From assembly GCA_050613775.1 (NCBI GenBank), contig JBODTK010000141.1:310001-374000 (forward strand): DNA of 64,000 nt. Reading direction: 5' to 3'. Position 1 is the stretch's first letter. Each line of letters opens with the position of its first letter. Both the position numbers and the translations under genes were made by a program. Below the pieces are notes generated by a model. That model worked only from the letters and a program-made list of their open reading frames with translations. It was not told the origin of the DNA and searched no databases. This document shows positions 13,901 to 24,295 of this stretch, in pieces. Source of the DNA: Neocallimastix sp. 'constans' (Eukaryota).

Positions 13901-14513
13901 CTGTTGATAATATAAACAAGGTATTAATGTATTAATAATAATTAATAATATTTAAAATAAAATAAAAAAAATATAATTATTTTATATATGTAGTAATTAT
14001 ATATATATATATATTTTTATTTAATTTTCTAAAAAAAATTTTTTTAGTCATAATAAACGTTTGTCTCAATTATTTTTATTATTATTTAAAAATTTATTTA
14101 TTCATTTATAATTTATTTATTCATTTATTTATTTATTACATTATAATACGCCATGTTTTCCGAAATGCACTACAACAAAATACAAATTTATGTAATAAAA
14201 ATTTTCGAAATGACACACCCCCCTTTGTTGTAGTGCATTTCGGAAAACATGGCGTATTATAATGTAATAAATAAATAAATGAATAAATAAATTATAAATG
14301 AATAAATAAATTATAAATGAATAAATAAATTTTTAAATGATAATAAAAATAATTAAGACAAACGTTTAATATGACTAAAAAATTTTTTATAGAAAATTAA
14401 ATAAAAAAAATATATATACATAATTACTACATATATAAAATAATAATTATATTTTTTTTATTTTATTTTAAATATTATTAATTATTATTAATACCTTGTT
14501 TATATTATCAACA
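13900..14513. repeat. ~280-bp imperfect inverted repeat with 45-bp spacer
   Basis: Arm 13900-14178 (ctgttgataatataaacaagg...catgttttccgaaatgcactacaacaaa) mirrors arm 14224-14513 (tttgttgtagtgcatttcggaaaacatg...ccttgtttatattatcaacag). Confidence 0.92.
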
Positions 14514-15305
14514 GAATTACATAGTATATTTATATTTAATTTATATAAATATAAATATACTAATCTAAGTTAAATATATTTATTATTCATTTCATTATTT
14601 AAGATATTAAACTTTGTTTCTAACAAATAATATTAATCACCATTATTTTAAGATTTTAAGTGAATAAGCTAATATTTAACTAAATTTACTGAAGGGTAAA
14701 AATTTTATTAAAAAATTTAATATATTTTAAAAGAATAAAAAATTTTAAAAATCCTAATTAAAATATATTATTAAAATATAACAAAATCTATTTTTGAAAT
14801 ATATTAAATTAAATTGAATTTTTAATTTGAAATTCATTGTAATAAAATTCTTGTTTGTAATAAATTATTTTATCCATGCCAAATATTATCATTGAATTAT
14901 TATAAAGGTACAAATACTATGAAAGAAATGTAATTTCCCAAATTATTGTACATTATCAATTGATAAATTTAATAAACATTAATAAAATAATAAAATAATA
15001 AATAAAGTGTATATATAAATTTACAATCTAAAAACTAGTTGAAACTCATATATATATATATATAATAATATATATATAATAATTATATATATATATAATA
15101 ATAATTATATACATATACAAGAATAATTACAGAGTGAATATAAGTATTTTATTAAAATCAAGTTTTACGTTTGTTTGATTCATAAATATTAGAAATTAAA
15201 ATTAATCCCTTTTAACTTTTTAAAATTTCAATTATAGGAAAAAATATAACTTTATTTTTAAAAATAAATCTTAATAGTTTTTCTCTTTTTCTCAACTAGA
15301 TAAGA

Positions 15306-15338
<33 letters not shown>

Positions 15339-15344
15339 TGAAAT

Positions 15345-15591
15345 TATTATTGTTTAATATTTATTTATTAATAATTAGATATATAACGCAAGTGTTATAT
15401 AAATGGTTAACAAAGATTTAAAGTACAGATAAAATTACATGTTTTTATATTTAATTGTGGCTTGTTCTAGATACATACTAATTTATATTTTAATTTGTAA
15501 TTACAATATATTTAATATAATTTAATTTAATATTTTATTAAACTTAAGCTAGACTATAACTTTATATTAATAAAATTAACATACGTTAACA
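15345..15591 (-). repeat. 3' LTR (247 bp)
   Basis: Direct repeat of 21538-21784; element strand reads TGTTAACG...CAATAATA. Confidence 0.95.
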
Positions 15592-18500
15592 CTCCCCCTC
15601 AAATTAGATTTTTTAATATTAAAAATCTTATTTGCAAATATACTCATTTTTGTACCATTAACATCTTTAGTGAGAGCGTCAGCTAACATTTCTTTTGTAT
15701 CTTTGTATTCTAATTTTACTTTCCTTTTTACTATATTATCTCTATTAAAATGAAATCTAATATCTATGTGTTTTAACTTTGTATTGATTTCACCATTTTC
15801 AATAGTTATTTTACTTGCTAAATTATCTGTGAAAATGGTAATTGTTTTATTATAATTTATTAATTCTTTTAAAATATTTCTGATCCATAGAATTTTTTTA
15901 ATATTTTCGGATGTGCTAATGTATTCTGCTTCTGCTGTAGACGTAGCTACACATGTTTGTTTTTTAGAAATCCAGCATATGGGACTGTTTCCCATAAGTA
16001 TTATTCCACCAGACGTAGATTTCCTGTCATTTAGATCACCTCCAAAATCGGCATCAGTGTATGCTATTATTTCCCCTTGTCCATCATATACAATTTTATA
16101 ATCTTTAGTACTATTTATATATCTGAAAATATTTGTTATTTTATTCCAGTCTGATATTGTGGGTTTTTCTGATTTTCTGGCAGCCTTGTTCACGGAGAAT
16201 GCGATATCTGGCCTTGTGCATTTTGATAGATATATTAAGGAACCTATAGCACTCTTGTAGATTGTTTTATTGAAAGGTTTATTATTTTCAGAGATAGTGT
16301 TGTCTCCTGTGCATGGTGTTTTTCTTTTTCTCATTTCTTTTATATTAAATTTGTCTAATATATTATTTATAAAACTATTTTGTGATATAATATATTTATT
16401 CTTTTGTTTTTCAATTTTTATGCCAAGTATGAATTCGGCTGGTCCACAATTTGATATTTTAAATTTTTCTTTAATTTTTGTAATTATATTTTGTATTTCT
16501 TTGTCTTCACCAGTTATGATCATATCGTCTACATATAAACCTATGATGCATTTGGTTTTATTATTCTTTGAATATTTAAATATACACTTTTCAGATTTTA
16601 TTTGTTTAAATCCATTTTTATTTAAAAATTTTGTAATCGTTTGGTTCCATTGCCTACCGGATTGTTTTAATCCGTATAGTGCTTTATTGAGTTTCCAGAA
16701 TCCCCGCCCAAAGTTAGTATCACCTAGTGGAATAGTAGTGTAAATATCAGTATCTAATGGAGCGTTGAGATACGCAGCTTTAATATCTAATTGGTAGATA
16801 TTCCAATTAAACTTAGCTGCTAAAGCGATAATAAGCTTTAATCCATCAATGTTTAAGGTAGGAGAATAAGTAAGTTCATAATCAATACCTCTACGTTGTT
16901 TAAAACCTCTAGCAACTAGGCGAGCTTTAAATCTAACAATATTATTATTAGAGTCTTTTTTGGTAGCAAAAACCCATTTTGTCGAAATAAGATTTTTGTT
17001 TTTAGGAATGTAATTAACGATGGACATAACATTATTATTGTATAAATTATTAAGTTCATCTTGTATAGCTTTATACCAGTAATTTTTATTAGGACAATTA
17101 ATAGCTTCATTAAAACTATTAGGTGTATCAGAGTAAATTGTAAAAACCATTTTTTCATTATTGGAAACATCATATTTAGGCCGAGAGATATCATTAGTAA
17201 TATTAAAGAAAGTTTCAGGACTTAAAGGACGTTTGAGTACGGACTGATTGTTAATCCCTGTCATATTATCAGTCATATTTACATCTTGGTCAGAAATAAT
17301 GGAAATAATATTATTATTAATGTAATTAGTATCAGAACCTAAATCATGGTTAATAGAATAAGAATCCTGGGGAGTTTTATCGCCAATAGGAATAACATCA
17401 TTTTCATCTAAATTTGAACAATTATAATTGTTAATTGATAGATTATCATCAACAACATTATCTAGTAAATTTTCATTAGTAGCAATAATATTATTATTAA
17501 AATTGTCATCTTTAATATTTTTAGTGACAGAATCTTCATTATTTAAAGATTTATTAAGGGAAAGTTTAAATGTTTTATCAAAAGTATCATTTGTTACAGA
17601 TGTATTGATTTTATTATTATCATTAATTATATTTTTATTATTGACATTTTGAAAAAAAATTTTATTAATAAATTTTTGATTAATTTTTGAAAAATTTTTA
17701 AGTTTCATAGATTTATTACTGTTATCATTAATTTTATGTAACTTATTATCTTTATTAATAAATGTTGTAGATTCACGTGATGTATTAAAAGATTTTAATT
17801 TAGTGGAATTATTATTCATAATATTATTATTCTTCGTCATTATTGGGTCTGAATTTAAATTATAAGATTTAATTATTTTACCATTATCCAATGGTTGTAA
17901 ATTAAAATTTTCTTCATTTTTTGAATAATTTTTATTATTAAAATTTTTTTCATTTTTAAATTTAGAAATATCAATATTTTCTTTAAGCGTTTTTACAGGA
18001 GTACTGGCAGGGGAATTTTCGGTTGGCTTGGAATCATTTATATTTGAGTTAACAGTATTAATCAGAGTCGGTAAAACGATATCATTTTTACAGGATTTTT
18101 TACTATATTCCTTATGGGTAATTGAAGGATTTTCAGCATCTTTCCCTTTTTCTGCCCAATTATGTTTATTTTTATAAGAATAACTGCATTCACCTTTTTC
18201 AATGTAAGAATTATTTACCACGTTTTTTAATGAATGATTCAAATTATTTTTATTGTTTACATGGATATTGGTAAATATAAAATCATTATTATTATTATTT
18301 AAAGAATTGTTATTGACCTTTTGAAGTATATTTTGGTTTTCTAGTACTGTGTTAGTATTTTGTTTATTATAATTTTTATTTAAACGAACTATATTATTGT
18401 TACTATGTTTTACATTAGTTGAAATTTCATTATTTACTTCAGAAATTACATTTGAATTAATATTATTTTTTGCGTATAAATTATTTTGTTCTAAAGTAAT

Positions 18501-21461
18501 ATTGTGTTTATTGTTATGTGTGTTATTTGTTTTATTAAAATCCAATAGTTTATTTGTTTTTGTGTCCTTTTCTAAGGTTATGGTTTTAATTTTGTTATTT
18601 TTATTGTTTAAATTAATTATATCGTCGTTGTTAATATTATAAACCATATTTTCTTTACCTTTATCTATATTTTTATTATTATTCATATTATCTAAAATAT
18701 TAATAATTATTTTCGTGTTATTATCATGTAAATTATTTTCTGCTTCTATTTTATTATCCTCGTTATCCATGTTCATATTGTTTAAATTATCGTTTACAAT
18801 AATGTTATTTAAATCAATATTATTATTGTTTTCATTTAAATTATTATTTTCATTGTTTAGAACATTATTTATGTTTTCTATATTATTAATTATATTTTCA
18901 TTTATAATATGATTATTTTCATTATTATTATTATTTACTATATTATTATCAATTTTTGTAAAAGAGAAATATGGGTCCACAAATCCTTCTTTCTCATATA
19001 TATAGTTTGCTGGACATTCCTCTAAACATTCTACTTCTCTGACATGGTGTATTCTTTTGTTTTTTATGTCCATAATCCTATATGAGTAATTTTTCTTGCT
19101 GAAACCAAGAAATATTCCTTCCTTTGCTTTTGGAGTGAAATTGGATTTGTTTTCCATATTATCAATATAATAACATTTACATCCAAAAGTTCTTAAGTGT
19201 TTTAAAGAAATACTTTTTCCTGATATGACTTCATCAGGTATTAAATTATTATTTCCTTCATGAGGAATCATATTATACAAATAAGCCGCATGTCTTACTG
19301 CATATTCCCAGAAATTTTCAGATAATTTTGCCCAAAATAATAAAGTTTTAGCTGTGTTTTTTATTGTTTGATTTATCCTTTCGGCTTTTCCATTATTTTC
19401 TGGACAATATGGTGGAGAGAATGATTTTTCAATTCCATTATCTTTACAGTATCTTCTTATTTTCTTATTTTTATATTCTTTACCACCATCTGTTTTAAAT
19501 ATTTTAACTTTATAATTATCAAATTGATTGTTAAGGTATTTTAGAAAATCGATTATAATGTCTGGCGCTTCAGCTTTAGATTTTAAAGTGAAGAGCCAAA
19601 CTTTCCACGAATATTCGTCCAAGAAAGTTATAAAATATTTTTTGTCATTAATAGAACTGTTATATGGCCCCGAAATGTCAGAGTGTATAACTTCAAGTAT
19701 CTTGTTTGATTTAGGATTGTTCCCATTATGTGGGGAATGCTTCATTTTTACTACTTTACATTCTTTACATTTTGGGATCTTGATCTCGTGTAGTTCTAAA
19801 TGTTTAGAAATATTTCTTATATATTGATGGCCCATTCTTCTGTGCCATATTTCTAGACTGTTTTGCCCTAAATCATCTAATGATAAAATATTTTGATTAT
19901 TTATTATACTTTTTGTGTTTATTTTAAATTGATTAAAATCAGTTGATAGAAACGTTCCGATAACATTTTTATCACAGTCAGATATAGTCAATTTTACTTT
20001 TTCTTGACTTATTGGCTCAATAACGGATGTTATACCTATTTTTGCGAATTCGATGGCACTTATCAAGTTTTTATGTGCCTTTTTTGAATATAACACTTTG
20101 TTTAATTTTATATGGTAGTTGTTTATGGTAAATTCACAACTACCATATCCTTCAAAGTCTAAAGTAGTATTGTTTGCACATCTTAGTTGTACAAAATCTT
20201 CTTTATAATCTTTCAAAAGGTTTTTATCATTAGTTACATGTTCGTAAGCTCCACTATCATAATACCATTCAACTGTTTCGTTACTTTCTATATTTCTTTC
20301 AATTATGTTTACAGATTTTTCATCATTATCTATATTATATGGTTCATTTATTGATTCAATTAGCAAAGCATCATTAATATGTGGTTCACATAATGGTCTG
20401 ATGTCTTCAAAATTATCATCTCTTTCGCTGTCACTTTCTTCATATTTAGAAGTTATTTTTTCCACTAAACCAAATGATTTTAATTCTTTTTCTTCATTTT
20501 TATGGTTTTTCTGGTAGAGTGATTGTTGCCTCCCTTCTTTTTTGTTTTCTCTTGCTTTCATATTGTATTTACAATCTTTTGTGAGATGTCCTCTTATCTC
20601 ACAAATATGACAATATAAATTTTTGTTAGTTTTGTTATTGTTTCTGTTTATTTTCTTAACAAAACCTTTTCCTTTATGATAGTTTTTATTTTTATAACGT
20701 TTTTCAATTAGATCTATATCCATTGGATCATCATGATCATCATGTTCATCCATTGTATTTTCCCAATTTTCTAGATATGATCTAGCTGAAATTCTATCTT
20801 TTATACTTTCATATAATTGTCTGGCGGTAGTTTCTAAAGTTACATCTATAATGTTTTTAAAGTCATTTGGTAAAATATTGAACATGTACTTTAATTTTTC
20901 CCTTTCAGTCAAATTTACTCCGGCATCTTCCATTTCACCGAATATTTCATTTACGCTATCAGCCATCTTCATTATTTGGCTGCGGTCATTTGCCTTAAGT
21001 TTTCGCAATTTCTTGAGCCAGTATTCAGTGTCATTATTCTTATCACCGTATTTTGAAGTTAGTTTTTCCATAATTGTGAATGTTTTCTTCATTCTACTAA
21101 CTTCCCTTAATATTTTTTCTTCAACGTTTTGAATCACCATAAGCATTAACTGAGAGTCTTTCTCTTCTGCTTTAGCAATGATTCTATTTCGGTTTTGAGT
21201 AAACACTTCATTGTAGTTTACATTTTCTCCACGATTTAATTGTAATTCCTCAATAATCTTCAGGATAGCTTTTACCGTCTTAGATTCTTCATTAGGATTA
21301 AGTCTATAGTTATTATCCTTCAGGTGAGAGATAACATCTTCTTCAATGAATTCTTCCATTCCATATCTCCTAGCTGCAGTCATGATAAGGAAATTCCATG
21401 TGGCAAAATTGGATACACCACGAAGACGTTGGTCCTTAGCTAAGTTAAATTGATAGGCCAT
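15576..21461 (-). CDS. Copia gag-pol polyprotein, 1961 aa, uninterrupted
   Basis: Zinc knuckle CHICEIRGHLTKDC; protease WYYDSGA; IWHRRMGH..CKEC; integrase IHSDI/FKTDGG/NGKAER; RT QLDIKAAYL, ALYGLKQSGR, LYVDD; RNase H YTDADF, AEY, TDN, ADALTK. The stop codon lies inside the 3' LTR. Confidence 0.97.
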   Translation of the reverse strand: MAYQFNLAKDQRLRGVSNFATWNFLIMTAARRYGMEEFIEEDVISHLKDNNYRLNPNEESKTVKAILKIIEELQLNRGENVNYNEVFTQNRNRIIAKAEEKDSQLMLMVIQNVEEKILREVSRMKKTFTIMEKLTSKYGDKNNDTEYWLKKLRKLKANDRSQIMKMADSVNEIFGEMEDAGVNLTEREKLKYMFNILPNDFKNIIDVTLETTARQLYESIKDRISARSYLENWENTMDEHDDHDDPMDIDLIEKRYKNKNYHKGKGFVKKINRNNNKTNKNLYCHICEIRGHLTKDCKYNMKARENKKEGRQQSLYQKNHKNEEKELKSFGLVEKITSKYEESDSERDDNFEDIRPLCEPHINDALLIESINEPYNIDNDEKSVNIIERNIESNETVEWYYDSGAYEHVTNDKNLLKDYKEDFVQLRCANNTTLDFEGYGSCEFTINNYHIKLNKVLYSKKAHKNLISAIEFAKIGITSVIEPISQEKVKLTISDCDKNVIGTFLSTDFNQFKINTKSIINNQNILSLDDLGQNSLEIWHRRMGHQYIRNISKHLELHEIKIPKCKECKVVKMKHSPHNGNNPKSNKILEVIHSDISGPYNSSINDKKYFITFLDEYSWKVWLFTLKSKAEAPDIIIDFLKYLNNQFDNYKVKIFKTDGGKEYKNKKIRRYCKDNGIEKSFSPPYCPENNGKAERINQTIKNTAKTLLFWAKLSENFWEYAVRHAAYLYNMIPHEGNNNLIPDEVISGKSISLKHLRTFGCKCYYIDNMENKSNFTPKAKEGIFLGFSKKNYSYRIMDIKNKRIHHVREVECLEECPANYIYEKEGFVDPYFSFTKIDNNIVNNNNNENNHIINENIINNIENINNVLNNENNNLNENNNNIDLNNIIVNDNLNNMNMDNEDNKIEAENNLHDNNTKIIINILDNMNNNKNIDKGKENMVYNINNDDIINLNNKNNKIKTITLEKDTKTNKLLDFNKTNNTHNNKHNITLEQNNLYAKNNINSNVISEVNNEISTNVKHSNNNIVRLNKNYNKQNTNTVLENQNILQKVNNNSLNNNNNDFIFTNIHVNNKNNLNHSLKNVVNNSYIEKGECSYSYKNKHNWAEKGKDAENPSITHKEYSKKSCKNDIVLPTLINTVNSNINDSKPTENSPASTPVKTLKENIDISKFKNEKNFNNKNYSKNEENFNLQPLDNGKIIKSYNLNSDPIMTKNNNIMNNNSTKLKSFNTSRESTTFINKDNKLHKINDNSNKSMKLKNFSKINQKFINKIFFQNVNNKNIINDNNKINTSVTNDTFDKTFKLSLNKSLNNEDSVTKNIKDDNFNNNIIATNENLLDNVVDDNLSINNYNCSNLDENDVIPIGDKTPQDSYSINHDLGSDTNYINNNIISIISDQDVNMTDNMTGINNQSVLKRPLSPETFFNITNDISRPKYDVSNNEKMVFTIYSDTPNSFNEAINCPNKNYWYKAIQDELNNLYNNNVMSIVNYIPKNKNLISTKWVFATKKDSNNNIVRFKARLVARGFKQRRGIDYELTYSPTLNIDGLKLIIALAAKFNWNIYQLDIKAAYLNAPLDTDIYTTIPLGDTNFGRGFWKLNKALYGLKQSGRQWNQTITKFLNKNGFKQIKSEKCIFKYSKNNKTKCIIGLYVDDMIITGEDKEIQNIITKIKEKFKISNCGPAEFILGIKIEKQKNKYIISQNSFINNILDKFNIKEMRKRKTPCTGDNTISENNKPFNKTIYKSAIGSLIYLSKCTRPDIAFSVNKAARKSEKPTISDWNKITNIFRYINSTKDYKIVYDGQGEIIAYTDADFGGDLNDRKSTSGGIILMGNSPICWISKKQTCVATSTAEAEYISTSENIKKILWIRNILKELINYNKTITIFTDNLASKITIENGEINTKLKHIDIRFHFNRDNIVKRKVKLEYKDTKEMLADALTKDVNGTKMSIFANKIFNIKKSNLRGSVNVC
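15592..15600 (-). other. Polypurine tract
   Basis: GAGGGGGAG immediately upstream of the 3' LTR TG on the element strand. Confidence 0.9.
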
Positions 21462-21515
21462 CTTAATACTTTGTTAAAATCGATTTTTTTAAATTTAAAG
21501 CTTTGTAATTTATTA

Positions 21516-21537
21516 TAGAGTACTGAGACTCTTAATC
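21516..21537 (-). other. Primer-binding site complementary to the anticodon arm of tRNA-Lys(CUU)
   Basis: Plus strand tagagtactgagactcttaatc versus recalled eukaryotic tRNA-Lys-CTT TAGAGCATGAGACTCTTAATC; directly abuts the 5' LTR. Confidence 0.8.
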
Positions 21538-21784
21538 TATTATTGTTTAATATTTATTTATTAATAATTAGATATATAACGCAAGTGTTATATAAATGGT
21601 TAACAAAGATTTAAAGTACAGATAAAATTACATGTTTTTATATTTAATTGTGGCTTGTTCTAGATACATACTAATTTATATTTTAATTTGTAATTACAAT
21701 ATATTTAATATAATTTAATTTAATATTTTATTAAACTTAAGCTAGACTATAACTTTATATTAATAAAATTAACATACGTTAACA
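21538..21784 (-). repeat. 5' LTR (247 bp)
   Basis: Direct repeat of 15345-15591. Confidence 0.95.
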
Positions 21785-21786
21785 GA

Positions 21787-21825
<39 letters not shown>

Positions 21826-22837
21826 TGAAATAATAATAATAATAATAATAATAGAAATAATAATGATAATAGAAATATTAATAATAATAGAAATAATAAA
21901 AAAAATAATCATAATAAAAAATTATTAATAAACAAAATTAATGAAATTTTATAACTTTTTTGTAGAAAACAAAAGGTTCTTTAAATAATTGTACCTGAAA
22001 TAGGTGAATTTATATTTTATATATGATAAATACTTTTAAAGATAATAAAATTTACAATAGCTAACATATAATATTTAAAAAATAAGAATTAAGTAATAAA
22101 TGTAAAAATGTTTTTTATATTTAATAAAAAATATTATTATTAATCTTATTATTTTATTTTTAATTAAATATATAAGTTAATTGCATTAAAACTAAGTTGC
22201 ATTGGTTATATATATAAATTATTTATTACAATAAAGCATATTATAATAAAAATATAAAATTTAATTTTTTTTTTTTTTCAATTTTATTAAATAAAAATGA
22301 ATTAATAAGTCAAAGGTTATTAATTAAAATAAGTCATTAATTAAAATAAGTTACTCAGCAATAATATGCATGCCAATGGGCCAATGCTGAACACTCGTTA
22401 AGGCCGTCCAGCAGAGACAATACACACCTATATGGAAGTGTTGGGGCCTGAAACCATGGGCTGTATACACAGGAAATAAAAAAAAAATTAAAATAAGTAT
22501 AAGAACTATAAAATTATAATTATTATAATAATCAATATTTATATAAATAAAATAATTTTTAAGAAATTTTTTTTTTTTTTTTATTTTTTTTAGACTTTCC
22601 CTTGTATATCTCATATTATCCCAGCCACAACAGACAACTATTAAATAATAATATCAGGAAAAATTAGTAATAATAATAAAAAAAAATTATTTTAGTTCAT
22701 AACCTTGAATATAAAGTTTATTCAGATAATTATTCATAATATTGATATGAAATTTAAAATTTATTTTTAATTTTATTTTTATATAAGAATATATATATAA
22801 TATATATAATATAAAAAACTAGATAAAGGAAAAAATA

Positions 22838-22871
<34 letters not shown>

Positions 22872-23050
22872 TTTTTTGAAAGATTTAGTAAAGATTTGTT
22901 AAGTATTATTATTACAAAGTAATTTTTAAAATTATTTTAATACATGAACAAATATAAAAAAAGCAATTATATTTTGCTTTTAAAATAATATAAAATTTTT
23001 ATATATTAATCTAAAAAAAAAAATAATATAATTTAATAATATTATTAGAT

Positions 23051-23143
23051 ATGTGTTTTTATAGAATACTATTGTATATATTTTTTTTTCTAAAAATATG
23101 TACGTATTTAAGATTTTCATAAATTATTTATTCGATGGTTAAT

Positions 23144-23181
<38 letters not shown>

Positions 23182-24231
23182 CAATTTAACTTATTCTAAA
23201 TATTAACATATATTTATATTTTTGTTTATAGATATTACAAAAGCTATCGTAATAAATGCATTAGCCTATACATATATTCAAAAGGTGTACTTATATACAC
23301 CATTAATTAATGCATTTAATACGTATTCTAAAAAAGAAAAATTAGATATAACATTAAATGTAACAATTTTAACACCGAATAATTCAACCTCGTATGTTGA
23401 TAATTATAAGGCAGTGGTGGATTATTTACTTAAAAAAAAATCAAAAAAATATGATCTTTATTTTTATTTTTCAACCAATTCAAAAAACTATGGACCATAT
23501 CTTTTAAATTTATATGATTATTTACCATATGATCATATAAAAATGTATGATCCAGGAGTTGTTTCAACTTCATGCTTATATAATAATAAAGTTGTTGGAC
23601 TTGTAAATAGTTTATTTATTTATTTTTTAAATTTTAAAATATATTAAATAAATTATTCATAATTAAAATAATTATATACTTATATATATACAATATATTA
23701 TTAACGCCAATAATAATAAAAAAAAAAGCCTATTACATTAGACATAAGTGTATTATACTCAAATATGAATCTTTTATCAAAATACGAAAAGCCAATTCCA
23801 AAAACATGGAATGAATTAATAGAAACAAGTCAATATATAATGAAAAAAGAAAAAGAATTTAATAATACCAGGCTTATAGCATATAATGGATTATTTAATA
23901 GTAAATATAAAAAGAGAAAAAATTATTTTTTATATCTCTTCTATGTTTAAAATATAATATTAAGAAATAACAATAAAAATTTTTAATAATATTAATAAAT
24001 AAATAAATATATATACGATAGAAAATCATGGTACAGTATCAATATATGAATTTATTAAGTCTTATAGCCATTCAAAAACTTTATCCCACCCAAAAATAAA
24101 AAGTGAAGAGACTATTGAAGCATTGAAAATGATAAATAATATAAAAGAAAAAATATCTTCAGGTAACTTAAGAATAAATGAATTATAAATTATAAATTAT
24201 TTAAAATATAAAAATAAATTCCTAATAATTA

Positions 24232-24295
<64 letters not shown>

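Larger units (their letters stand above)
9893..14222 (+). mobile_element. Mutator-like (MULE) DNA transposon with ~50-bp TIRs and 9-bp TSD
   Basis: Left end ggggagtgtgcatttcgaaaatttttattacaaaaatttgtattttgttgta (9893-9944) is the near reverse complement of 14171-14222. TSD ctttgttgt at 9884-9892 and 14223-14231. Internal MULE transposase. Confidence 0.9.
15345..21784 (-). mobile_element. Full-length Ty1/Copia LTR retrotransposon
   Basis: LTRs at 15345-15591 and 21538-21784 (247 bp, no difference seen); TSD gaaat at 15340-15344 and 21785-21789; PPT and PBS present; domain order gag-PR-IN-RT-RH. Confidence 0.97.

Noticed and set aside
15351..15591. Canonical TG...CA LTR boundary at 15351/21544
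   Set aside because: LTR identity extends 6 bp further and only the longer boundary gives a 5-bp TSD.
15913..21132. Short ORFs overlapping the Copia polyprotein
   Set aside because: Antisense or off-frame shadows with no motifs.
21516..21540. tRNA gene at the PBS
   Set aside because: Only D-arm and anticodon-arm sequence is present; no T arm or acceptor stem.
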